In this document: positions 37,229 through 46,125 of the stretch, one piece after another
Layout: each line of letters opens with the position of its first letter
Position numbering within the stretch: the first letter of the stretch is position 1
Virus record (IMG/VR): IMGVR_UViG_3300034104_001758
Coordinates: 1 to 61,688 of that record
Source of the DNA: a virus
Lineage: Duplodnaviria > Caudoviricetes
DNA: 61,688 nucleotides
Direction: 5' to 3' (one strand)
Notes under the pieces: generated by a model
Seen by the model: only the letters and a program-made list of their open reading frames with translations
Database searches by the model: none
What the model was told of the DNA's origin: nothing
Translations under genes and position numbers: made by a program

Positions 37229-38288
37229 AGGAATAGCAAGTTTTACTGACGAACCGTTTTTGCTTAACATGATTAACAAAAAGCAGTTGGCTAAACACTA
37301 CGCAGGACAGCACGACCAGTCCACGCACGGCAGTTGGGCGCACGGTATGGGTGGCGATACCTTTTCAGACGACCCTAGGTACCAAGAAGCATTAAAAGAA
37401 TATGGAAAGTTAAGCGAAAACGATAAAGTTTTGTCTACTTCAAATGATGTTTTTTGGGACAGTCCTATAGGAAAACTTATTATTGAATACGCAGATAAAA
37501 AGTTTCCAAATAATAAAACAATTAGCAGTGCAAAAAATAATGACAAACCAGTAAAGAAAAATTTAGAAATAAGAGAAGGTTTAAAAACTCGTTTTATAGA
37601 TGAAGGTCTTGCACAACAAGATTATGAGGAATCAGGAATCTATAAAATGTATTTTGAAACTATTTATCCTGACATCATAAATGTTGTTACAAGCGGAAAA
37701 CTTGCAATTGCTATGGACGTAGGCTCTTTTCGAAATATGATAGAAAGTGGAAAAAGCGAATTTAAAAATCAATTTCAGACTAAATCCTCTAATGGTCTTC
37801 TTGACCCATCCATGAGAAAAAAGGGAGAATTGGCTAATCAGTACATCCCCGTAGAAGTAAAACCAAGTGACAGACCTATTTATGGGTATGTATCTCCAGA
37901 TGACTCCTTAGATAACGTAACTTCTCTTGGAACATTCCAATACGGAGAAGTAAAATTTGTATTAAAAGATTCCGTAAGAGATAGAGCAACTATGACTATT
38001 GGTGATTCTCTTGGTACTAGGGCTTTTCCTATGAAAATAAATAAAACTCCAAGTGTAAAAGATGTAATGAACGCGACAGCCAGAATGATAAGACAAGCCT
38101 ACGGCAGGGGCAACAGAGATTGGAACGGGCAAGATAGTTTTGCTGAAACAGAATACTTTGAAGCACAAATTTTTGGTGGCGTTTCTGCAAAAGACATTGA
38201 AATGATTTATGTCCCAAATAACTGGGATTTACCTTCTAATTTTGCTTCTGTTTTTCCCAATATTGAAGTTGTCAGATACGATTCATAG
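37221..38288 (+). CDS. tag plus DUF3626-like (possible ART-fold) domain
   Basis: KNQFQT, RPIYG, YG.V.F.LK..VR.R.T.T.GDS, YFEAQIFGGV...DIE. Confidence 0.65.
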   Translation: MSKGIASFTDEPFLLNMINKKQLAKHYAGQHDQSTHGSWAHGMGGDTFSDDPRYQEALKEYGKLSENDKVLSTSNDVFWDSPIGKLIIEYADKKFPNNKTISSAKNNDKPVKKNLEIREGLKTRFIDEGLAQQDYEESGIYKMYFETIYPDIINVVTSGKLAIAMDVGSFRNMIESGKSEFKNQFQTKSSNGLLDPSMRKKGELANQYIPVEVKPSDRPIYGYVSPDDSLDNVTSLGTFQYGEVKFVLKDSVRDRATMTIGDSLGTRAFPMKINKTPSVKDVMNATARMIRQAYGRGNRDWNGQDSFAETEYFEAQIFGGVSAKDIEMIYVPNNWDLPSNFASVFPNIEVVRYDS

Positions 38289-38302
38289 TAGAAGGGAATA
38301 AA

Positions 38303-38479
38303 ATGATAAAAGGACAAGTAATCGCAGTAAGGGCTGACGGCGCTCAGTTCGTTTTTGATTCTATTGATGAACAGGAAACTATTTCAGGTTTTTTGATTTT
38401 AAAAAACGGCGCCCAAACTGAAATCGGTCTTATGGATATGTTTACCAAGGTCGGAGACTGGGAGCGAGTTGACCAGTAG
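38303..38479 (+). CDS. small protein (58 aa), candidate immunity protein
   Basis: Hand-translated MIKGQVIAVRADGAQFVF...KVGDWERVDQ; GAAGGGA RBS. Confidence 0.65.
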   Translation: MIKGQVIAVRADGAQFVFDSIDEQETISGFLILKNGAQTEIGLMDMFTKVGDWERVDQ

Positions 38480-38509
38480 TTAGCAATCCTCATGGGGTAA
38501 TCTATCCTC

Positions 38510-40048
38510 ATGTCACGCGCTAACCGTATTGCTCGCCTTGTCGCCATCCAGCAGGGCACTGAGTTCATTTTGCTCAAGCACCAACAAGGTAAGCACGACC
38601 AAGCCACGCACGGTTCATGGGACACAGACCGAAGCAACAACAAATCTGATTTTAAATACCCAGTTCAAGACGCAATTGATAAAGTTATTAAAGGCGAAGT
38701 TGGCAAAGTAGTTCCTGCCGATGCTGAGTTTTTGCTAGACAAAATGGCTGACCGCGAAGACAACCCAGACTTAACCAATCTTGAAATTGTTGGTACCCAG
38801 TTATTTACTCGCGACAATCTTGGAATTATGCGCGACCAGATGCCACAAGTTCCTAGCGGAGCCAAGGATGAGTTCCTTGATGAAATGACTAAGCGCGGTA
38901 TTGGGGTTAAGAGAGAAGATGTATCTCCTCAAAAACTGCACCCGATTCAGGCTGAAATTTCCGCTTCCAAAACTGGAAAGATTCTTCGTGACCTAAATCA
39001 GAACGGTCACAAAAAAGGTGATGGCGCCAGAATTGTTGTTTCTTCAGATAACTATGTAATTGACGGACACCACCGCTGGGCGGCTTCTGCCTTTATGTCT
39101 TTAAACGATGGCGATGAAAAGATTCCTGTATTGCGCGTTGACATGACACACATGGAATTAATTGATGTTGTTCGGGCTTGGAATAAAGCGATGGACATTA
39201 AACCAATTGGCATGGGGGAAAGCAACACCTTTAAGAAGGCTTGGGTTGAGTTCGAATTAGCGGTTATCAAGGGAATCCTTACAACCGAAATGCAAAAGCA
39301 CCTAACAGGACAACATGACCAAGAAACCCATGGCAGTTGGGCACAGGGACGTGAATACGTTGCTGGTCAATGGGAACCAGTTGAAACCGATAAATTAGTT
39401 CAGCAAGATGTTGATTGGTATAAATCAGAAAACCCCAACGCAACGCCTAGTCAAATCTCAGCACTTAAATCAAGAAGTAAAAAGTATTACAAAGATAGAA
39501 CAGTTGTGAGCAATGGAAGCACTGTAGTAACTTTTGAAAACAGAATTGACAAAAATAAAACTGGTGTTGATGAAAATGACAGAAAAACAATTCTTGAACA
39601 CATTGATTACTTACAAGAAAATTATCCTTTAGAAAACATTTCTGTTATAGCGGATAGCCAAGGCGGAAGTTCGGTTTGCTCAATGACTGAAAATGGAAAC
39701 GCTATTCGAATATCTCAAGTATGGGCACAAAAATCTAAAAAATTTGCGTACATGGGTTCTAAAGACAAACTCTATCCCCTTGATGAAGGAGAATTTGGTT
39801 TAGAATTTACTTTGTCACATGAATGGGGACACGCCTTCAATAATCCCTACAAACAGTTAAGTCAAAAATACGGAAAATTTATTGAAAAACACAAAAATTT
39901 ACTAGACACAGTTAGCACTTACGGTAGAAAATCTGAAGGAGAAGGTTTTGCCGAAACTTTTGCTCAAAATTCTTTAGAAAATAAATATGGTATTGAAAAA
40001 ATGGAAATAACTAAATTATTTGAAGTGGAGGTACTTGGAAATGTCTGA
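38510..40048 (+). CDS. two-tag polyprotein: ParB/Srx-like domain plus zincin
   Basis: R.QMPQ..L.P.Q.EI..YVIDGHHRWAA; HEWGH..STYG....E.FAE. Confidence 0.7.
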   Translation: MSRANRIARLVAIQQGTEFILLKHQQGKHDQATHGSWDTDRSNNKSDFKYPVQDAIDKVIKGEVGKVVPADAEFLLDKMADREDNPDLTNLEIVGTQLFTRDNLGIMRDQMPQVPSGAKDEFLDEMTKRGIGVKREDVSPQKLHPIQAEISASKTGKILRDLNQNGHKKGDGARIVVSSDNYVIDGHHRWAASAFMSLNDGDEKIPVLRVDMTHMELIDVVRAWNKAMDIKPIGMGESNTFKKAWVEFELAVIKGILTTEMQKHLTGQHDQETHGSWAQGREYVAGQWEPVETDKLVQQDVDWYKSENPNATPSQISALKSRSKKYYKDRTVVSNGSTVVTFENRIDKNKTGVDENDRKTILEHIDYLQENYPLENISVIADSQGGSSVCSMTENGNAIRISQVWAQKSKKFAYMGSKDKLYPLDEGEFGLEFTLSHEWGHAFNNPYKQLSQKYGKFIEKHKNLLDTVSTYGRKSEGEGFAETFAQNSLENKYGIEKMEITKLFEVEVLGNV

Positions 40049-41507
40049 AATAATTGATTTAGAAAATTTATCAGATGACGAATTGTACTTTTTTGCTACA
40101 AATAAAGTTAAAAAAGTAATGCCTTTATTTATTTCTAGTTTGACTTCTGTTCAAAAGCACTTAACGGGTCAGCATGACCAGTCCAGCCACGGCGCTTGGT
40201 CTACAAAATTAAACCCAGATGTGGCTTCTGACATTGTTAGATTTACTCAGGAATGGGGCGGATTATCAATCAACATGGTTGATGGTTCGATGCCTATATC
40301 TGGTTACATGGTGGCAAAACCGCCAGAATTCGGCAGAATTGTGGACGAAGTTGACTTTGTTAACCCAGTTAAGGGTCCAAAAATCCTTTCTGATTACATG
40401 AAAACCCATAAAAATGACCTAGGTAATGGAAGAAACTATCTTGGCACATGGCTAAATGATAGTAAGGTGTATCTTGATGTTTCTGAAAACATTCAGGAAT
40501 TGTTTGAAGCAATAAGAAGAGGTCGGGAACGTAACCAGAAAGCAATCTGGGACGTTGCTAACCTAAGTGAAATAGACACAGGAGGGACTGGTCTTGTCAA
40601 AGAAAGAAATCAAGATGGTGGAGTTGAAGAACATCTCGGAGATGACAGACGCGGAGATAGACGAGTACGCACTGAAAATCTGGGGAAGTCTTCAGGAGAA
40701 GAAAGATTAACAGTATTTGTTAAACCTCCAGTTGTAAAACATTTGGCTGGTCAACATGACCAGAGTTCCCATGGCAGTTGGGCTGGAACAACAAGCCTTG
40801 GTGCTGGTTCTGGTTTAAGCGCTCAAGAAATAAGAAACTTAAAAATAGGTGCAGGAACACAAGAAACTCAACAACAAGAAGTTTACAAAGCCGAAAATCT
40901 TGCAAGAGAAGAAATTTCACCAATTGATAGAAATTTAGAAGAACCAAGTTTTTCTTTTCCCAGTCCGTTTCGTTCTCAACCATTTGTTTACACCAGTGCT
41001 GAAGAAAAAGCATTTAAAAAGGCTTGGAAAAAATGGGAAACAGAAAGAAAAAAGTATATTGAATCTGAGTTGGGAAACAAACATTTAGATGGGACTATTG
41101 GTGGAGTAAGAAATTATGTAAACGAAGTTATTGATTCTGATTGGTTTAGAGAAGAATACGGCGTACCAAGCACATTCAGCATAGATAATGGTAAAAAGTT
41201 TGCAGAACACCAACCAGAAATAAAAACTCTTACATCTAAAACATACGGTGGATTGTATAGATTTAGAGATTATTACATACACGGGAAAAGAAGTTCAATA
41301 GAAATTAGAAATGATACTCTTAAATATGAACCCACCATTCTTCACGAAATTGCTCATTATGCTACTGCTATTAGCGCAACTAATAAGCACTCAGGTCATG
41401 GTAAAGAATTTGCTTTTAATAATCTAAAAATTGCAAAACAATTTATGCCAAAATACGCTATTGCTCTTGAGAGATACTATAAAGAAATGGGAATTTCATA
41501 TGAATGA
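40041..41507 (+). CDS. two-tag polyprotein: unknown domain plus SprT-like zincin
   Basis: GY.V...GTW.....YLDVS....A...G....Q.AIWD; ILHEIAH....HSGHGKEF. Confidence 0.65.
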   Translation: MSEIIDLENLSDDELYFFATNKVKKVMPLFISSLTSVQKHLTGQHDQSSHGAWSTKLNPDVASDIVRFTQEWGGLSINMVDGSMPISGYMVAKPPEFGRIVDEVDFVNPVKGPKILSDYMKTHKNDLGNGRNYLGTWLNDSKVYLDVSENIQELFEAIRRGRERNQKAIWDVANLSEIDTGGTGLVKERNQDGGVEEHLGDDRRGDRRVRTENLGKSSGEERLTVFVKPPVVKHLAGQHDQSSHGSWAGTTSLGAGSGLSAQEIRNLKIGAGTQETQQQEVYKAENLAREEISPIDRNLEEPSFSFPSPFRSQPFVYTSAEEKAFKKAWKKWETERKKYIESELGNKHLDGTIGGVRNYVNEVIDSDWFREEYGVPSTFSIDNGKKFAEHQPEIKTLTSKTYGGLYRFRDYYIHGKRSSIEIRNDTLKYEPTILHEIAHYATAISATNKHSGHGKEFAFNNLKIAKQFMPKYAIALERYYKEMGISYE

Positions 41508-41625
41508 CAAAGAACCAGAAGACTTTTATTTTGAAATAACTGAACCATTACCGCCAGATTATGTTCCGTTTCCAGAACTTGCTGGGCGTTTAATCGAGAA
41601 ACACGAACAAGAAACAGGGTCATAG
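41500..41625 (+). CDS. small acidic protein ending in a decayed tag
   Basis: MNDKEPEDFYFE...LIEKHEQETGS-stop. Confidence 0.55.
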   Translation: MNDKEPEDFYFEITEPLPPDYVPFPELAGRLIEKHEQETGS

Positions 41626-41676
41626 TACCTAGCGTGCACTAAAGTGGCATAAGGTTTGTCACCACTAGGAGTTCTC

Positions 41677-43041
41677 ATGTCTGTAGGTTTCTCGCATCTT
41701 AACGATGCTGAGTTGGAAACACTGCATAAATCACTGCACACTGATGTGGCAAACCCAGCAGTTCTTGAAGCCCATCACTCTGTAACTACCGAAATCCTTG
41801 CACGCGGTCTTGAGCACGGTCACGAAGATGACGAGTGGAATCGGGCAGTAGTTGAGTTGGAAATAGAAGACCAAATCCCAGTTTCTAAGGCTATTGCCGA
41901 AATGCCAACCGACATTGCCGAGCAGGTAATTGAATCTTTGGGCAATCCTGAGTTCGTTAAAAAGACTACATTGCTTACCGTTGATGGTTACACCTTAAAG
42001 TTTGACGCTTTTGAAAAGTCCGAAGAAGTAGAAATGCGTCTTAACGAAACCCAGAAAATGCTTTACGAAACCCTTGAAGCCGTTGTTGAGCGAGTTGGTG
42101 CTTTTGACCAAGGTGCAGGTGCTAACGGCGCTCACTACATGGAAAAAAATCCTTTTGTAAAAGAGGGAATGATTTGCGCCAACTGCGTCTTTTACGAAGG
42201 CGGTCAGGGCTGTGAGATTGTTACTGGGTTAATTGACCCAATGGCTTTATGTAAGTTCTGGATTATTCCTGAAGATTTACTTGATTCTTCAGTTAGCAAA
42301 CACCGAGCAGGACAACACGACCAAAAATCCCATGGGTCATGGGCTGGAAACAAAATACCTAATTTAGCACCAAACAAAATTGACGAAAGTAATCAGTATG
42401 GGGACGAAGCAAATTCTTTAGCAAGGGAATTGCGCGAAAGAATGATTTTAGCAGAACCACAATTAACTGCCGACATGGTTGAAATCGCAGATGCTAATTT
42501 TGGAACAATGCAAGGATTGGAAAATCGTGTAAAAAGCGAAGAATCTCTTGCCCGCAAAATTAAAAATGATTCTCTAGAATACGGTGGAGACATGAGACAG
42601 GCTACTCAAAAAGTTAGCGATGGCTTACGCTACAGCGTTACTTTTGATGAAGAAAATTACGCCGAAAGTGTTGTTTCTACTATTGCTACCTTGCAGGATA
42701 AAGGCTATCAAGTTTCTCGAACAAAAAACTTTTGGCAAAAAGGTGATGCCTACCAAGGAATTAACGCAAAAATCATTCACCCAAGCGGTTTTGAAGTAGA
42801 GTTACAATTTCATACTCCAGATTCTTGGGATGTTAAACAAAACAAAAGCGAAGAAATTTATCAAATGTATCGAGTTGAAACAGATAACAAAAAACGCTTT
42901 AAGCACTGGAAGTCAATGGCTAAAATGTTTGCTCAAGTTGCCGTTCCTATTGGAGTTGCGTCTATTGGAGACCCAGCAATTCAAGCCTTTACTGCTGGTG
43001 GAAAACAATTTATTTTTAAGGCTAGAGCGAGGAAAATGTAA
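41677..43041 (+). CDS. His-rich domain, HiPIP-like Cys domain, tag, and RelA/SpoT-fold Apk2/Tas1-like (p)ppApp synthetase
   Basis: EP.LT.DM..GLE.R.K..ESL.RKI..D.LRY..KN.W..Y.GIN..ELQFHT..S...K..Y..YR. Confidence 0.8.
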   Translation: MSVGFSHLNDAELETLHKSLHTDVANPAVLEAHHSVTTEILARGLEHGHEDDEWNRAVVELEIEDQIPVSKAIAEMPTDIAEQVIESLGNPEFVKKTTLLTVDGYTLKFDAFEKSEEVEMRLNETQKMLYETLEAVVERVGAFDQGAGANGAHYMEKNPFVKEGMICANCVFYEGGQGCEIVTGLIDPMALCKFWIIPEDLLDSSVSKHRAGQHDQKSHGSWAGNKIPNLAPNKIDESNQYGDEANSLARELRERMILAEPQLTADMVEIADANFGTMQGLENRVKSEESLARKIKNDSLEYGGDMRQATQKVSDGLRYSVTFDEENYAESVVSTIATLQDKGYQVSRTKNFWQKGDAYQGINAKIIHPSGFEVELQFHTPDSWDVKQNKSEEIYQMYRVETDNKKRFKHWKSMAKMFAQVAVPIGVASIGDPAIQAFTAGGKQFIFKARARKM

Positions 43042-43778
43042 TGCGCTATTTTTACCGTGTTGATTCTAGCGACATTGTTACCTCTGCCTATCGGTTTATG
43101 GTTGACGAAGAGTCAGAAACCATAACTGATGAAAAGTGGACACCAAATGGTTGGATTGATTCTGGAGATAAAGTAGTTGAATTTTTAATTACTGGTCTTG
43201 GCAACCTAGAAGAAGTAACCGAAGAGGACATAAAAAGGTACAGCCCTGAAATTTTAGAACTTCCAGAAGTTTCTTATGTGTCTAAATCTGCCGAAGAGCG
43301 CCGTTACACACTAGGTCCAATGTACGTTCCAGACCGAATTGACGCTCATAACGAATGGACAGATTCACTTGAGTTGCAAAAATCTGTTTGGGATTATGTC
43401 CGTAGCGGAGACCGCCGAATTCGCCTACAGCACGACAAAGAAGTTGTTGCTGGAGAATGGGTAGAAGTTATGGCGTGGCCGTATGAAGTGGCAGTTCCAA
43501 TGCAAAAAGCAGACGGAACTTCAGCACAAATTACATTCCCACAAGATACGGTTTTTCTTGGAGTTATCTGGGAGCCATGGGCTTGGGAAATGGTAAAGGC
43601 TGGCAAACTTCGTGGTTACTCAGTTGGTGGACGCGCTCAAAGACTAGAAGTTGATTTGCCAGTTAGCAAAGAAGCAATGGCAGTTGACGGTCCAACCGTA
43701 GAATCAGTTCACGAAGATACTTTAATGGCACCTAAGCGCCGAAAGAAAAAGAAAGACGAGTCGGAAAAATCCGAATAG
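43041..43778 (+). CDS. XkdF-like prohead serine protease with N-terminal immunity-like domain
   Basis: RYTLGPMYVPD..DAH, LQH, W..VK.GKLRGYSVGG from about residue 83. Confidence 0.8.
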   Translation: MRYFYRVDSSDIVTSAYRFMVDEESETITDEKWTPNGWIDSGDKVVEFLITGLGNLEEVTEEDIKRYSPEILELPEVSYVSKSAEERRYTLGPMYVPDRIDAHNEWTDSLELQKSVWDYVRSGDRRIRLQHDKEVVAGEWVEVMAWPYEVAVPMQKADGTSAQITFPQDTVFLGVIWEPWAWEMVKAGKLRGYSVGGRAQRLEVDLPVSKEAMAVDGPTVESVHEDTLMAPKRRKKKKDESEKSE

Positions 43779-43917
43779 GCGACACGCCGAATCCATTGCG
43801 ATTAGCACAATAGTGGTGTAATCCCATTGTGTTATTTTGAATCAATCAAGACTAGCGGAATGTTGCCCTGTTCAATAACAGGAACGGCACCCGCTCTGTT
43901 TACGCATAGGAGTTAGT

Positions 43918-44730
43918 GTGGCGTTTTCTCGCACTCGCAAAATGGTCAATCTCAACATTGAGGAAACCAGCGGAGTAGATTACCCAGCCCATTTACATGA
44001 TGGTTGGTTAGTTATGAAAGCGGCAAACCCTTCAGACGTGCAGACAGTTCTTGAATCATCCGTTTCCAAGGAGGACTCCATGTCGGAGAGCATTGAAAGT
44101 CGGCTAGATGAAGCGTTAGAACTTCTGACAAAGGCTGAAGAACGTATTGCTGAACTGGAAGATGGCACCGAAGAAGTTGCAGACGAAACTGAAGCCAACA
44201 AAAAGAAAAAGAAAATGGCTAAAGAAGAAGATGCAATGGATTCCTCAGAAGAGGAAGAGGACGTAATGAAGTCCATGCCAGAACCAGTACAAAAAGCATT
44301 TGAAACCTTGCGTAAGCAAGCAGAAGAAGCACAGGCAAAGGCTGATGAAGCCGAATCTGTACTTCAAACAGAGCGCGAAGCACACGCAGATGCCGAAGCG
44401 ATTGAAAAGGCTCGTGGTTGGTCACATCTATCACTAGACGCACAAGAAGTAGGCCCAGCCCTTCGCCGTCTAGCACAGATTGACGAAACACTAGCAAAGT
44501 CAGTAACAGAAGTTCTTGAGAGTGTAAACGCTCAGGCTGAGTCTGCTGACATTTTTGCCGAGATTGGTCGCACGACTGGTACTTCTGGCAACGCATTTTC
44601 CCAGTTGGAATCAATGGCTAAGTCTGCTGTTTCCGAAGGTAAAGCGTCAACTGTTGAGCAAGCACTTGCTGACCTTGCAGTTGCCGAACCATCACTGTAC
44701 TCACAGTACCTAAACGAGAAGGGTGCCTAA
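43918..44730 (+). CDS. capsid scaffolding protein
   Basis: S.VD.PA....W..MK N-terminus, acidic coiled coil, C-terminal P.LY.QY; upstream of the capsid genes. Confidence 0.75.
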   Translation: MAFSRTRKMVNLNIEETSGVDYPAHLHDGWLVMKAANPSDVQTVLESSVSKEDSMSESIESRLDEALELLTKAEERIAELEDGTEEVADETEANKKKKKMAKEEDAMDSSEEEEDVMKSMPEPVQKAFETLRKQAEEAQAKADEAESVLQTEREAHADAEAIEKARGWSHLSLDAQEVGPALRRLAQIDETLAKSVTEVLESVNAQAESADIFAEIGRTTGTSGNAFSQLESMAKSAVSEGKASTVEQALADLAVAEPSLYSQYLNEKGA

Positions 44731-44733
44731 CTC

Positions 44734-45126
44734 ATGGCATACGAATTCAGTAACTATAGCGTTAAGGCAACACTCGTTGCGGGTGCAGACCTTTCCGCAA
44801 AGCAATACAACTTCGTTAAGTTGAATTCATCTGGACAGGCAATCGCCGTAGCCGCCGCTACCGACCTTCCAATTGGAATTCTTCAGAACGCACCAACATC
44901 AGGACAAGAAGCAGAAATTCTTATCTCTGGTGGTTCTAAGTTGGTTCTTGGTGGCACCGTTGCCGCCGCCGCAATTGTTAGCCCATCGTCAACTGGCGCT
45001 GGTGTAGCAATCGTTCATGGAACTGACACAACCAAGTACGCCGTAGGTCAAGCCATCACTGGTGGGGCTTCAGGCGAAATCGTAACCGTAGTCGTGAACT
45101 GCTCATCCGCAGGTCGCGCGGCTTAA
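44734..45126 (+). CDS. capsid cement/decoration protein
   Basis: A..DL...QY.FV......GILQN.P..G..A, Gly/Ala-rich. Confidence 0.75.
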   Translation: MAYEFSNYSVKATLVAGADLSAKQYNFVKLNSSGQAIAVAAATDLPIGILQNAPTSGQEAEILISGGSKLVLGGTVAAAAIVSPSSTGAGVAIVHGTDTTKYAVGQAITGGASGEIVTVVVNCSSAGRAA

Positions 45127-45147
45127 CCGAGAAAAGGATAATCACCC

Positions 45148-46125
45148 ATGGCACAGCCACATTTGAATAGCGTCCACGTTGACGCAATTCTGACAAACAT
45201 CTCGGTAGCATATATGCAAAGAGCCGAAAATTACATTGCAGACAAGGTATTCCCAGTAGTACCTGTTGACAAGAAGAGCAACAAGTTCTTCAAGTACACC
45301 AAGAACGATTGGTTCCGTGACGAAGCACAGCGCCGTGCAGATGCAACTGAATCCGCTGGTTCGGGCTACAGCCTAACCACCGATTCATACAATGCTGACG
45401 TATGGGCTTTCCACAAGGATGTGGGCGACCAGACACTTGCTAACGCAGATGCTCCGTTGTCACCACTTCGCGAAGCCGCTGAGTTCGTCACCAACCGCCT
45501 ACTTCTTCGCCGTGAGATTCAGTTCGTTTCTGATTTCGTCACAACTGGCGTATGGGCAAATGACGTAACTGGTGTTGCAGGTACTCCTTCAACTGGAGAA
45601 GTTAAGCAATGGTCTGACTTTGCTAACTCTGACCCACTAGAAGACGTAGAAGCAGGTAAGGAAACCATTCTTGGAACTACAGGATACGAGCCAAACACAC
45701 TTGTTCTTGGCTATCAGGTATTCCGTAAGTTGAAGAATCACCCAGACCTAGTTGACCGCATCAAGTACACATCATCCAACGTAATCACCGAAGAAATGAT
45801 TGCTCGTATGTTTGGTGTAGACCGCGTGCTTGTCGCTAAGTCAGTAAAGGCAACAAACAAGGAAGGCGCCGCAGACGCAATGGCATTTAATGTCGGCAAG
45901 TCTGCTCTTCTTTGCCACGTTGCTCCAACTCCAGGCCTAATGACTCCATCCGCAGGTTACATCTTCTCTTGGAATGGTGTATCTGGCGGTCTTGGACAGA
46001 CCATTGGTACTTCACAGTTCCGTATGGAAACCATTAAGGCAAGTCGTGTTGAAGCCGAAGTCGCGTTTGACAACAAGGTTGTTGCCGCTGACCTAGGTTA
46101 CTTCTGGACTAGCATCGTAGCGTAA
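45148..46125 (+). CDS. major capsid protein
   Basis: HVDAILTNIS.AY......AD..FP.V.V; 325 aa; position. Confidence 0.88.
   Translation: MAQPHLNSVHVDAILTNISVAYMQRAENYIADKVFPVVPVDKKSNKFFKYTKNDWFRDEAQRRADATESAGSGYSLTTDSYNADVWAFHKDVGDQTLANADAPLSPLREAAEFVTNRLLLRREIQFVSDFVTTGVWANDVTGVAGTPSTGEVKQWSDFANSDPLEDVEAGKETILGTTGYEPNTLVLGYQVFRKLKNHPDLVDRIKYTSSNVITEEMIARMFGVDRVLVAKSVKATNKEGAADAMAFNVGKSALLCHVAPTPGLMTPSAGYIFSWNGVSGGLGQTIGTSQFRMETIKASRVEAEVAFDNKVVAADLGYFWTSIVA

Larger units (their letters stand above)
32049..42342 (+). repeat. 13 copies of protein tag KHxxGxHDQxxHGxW
   Basis: 45-nt units start at 32049, 32922, 33393, 34135, 35043, 35906, 36581, 37293, 38576, 39296, 40155, 40737 and 42298. Confidence 0.97.

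Noticed and set aside
32049-42342. Tag repeats as a CRISPR array or DNA-level repeat
   Set aside because: Spacing is hundreds of bp and irregular, all copies are in frame, and synonymous positions vary.
32016-43041. Tags as intein or self-splicing boundaries
   Set aside because: No Cys/Ser start with His-Asn end and no HINT motifs seen.
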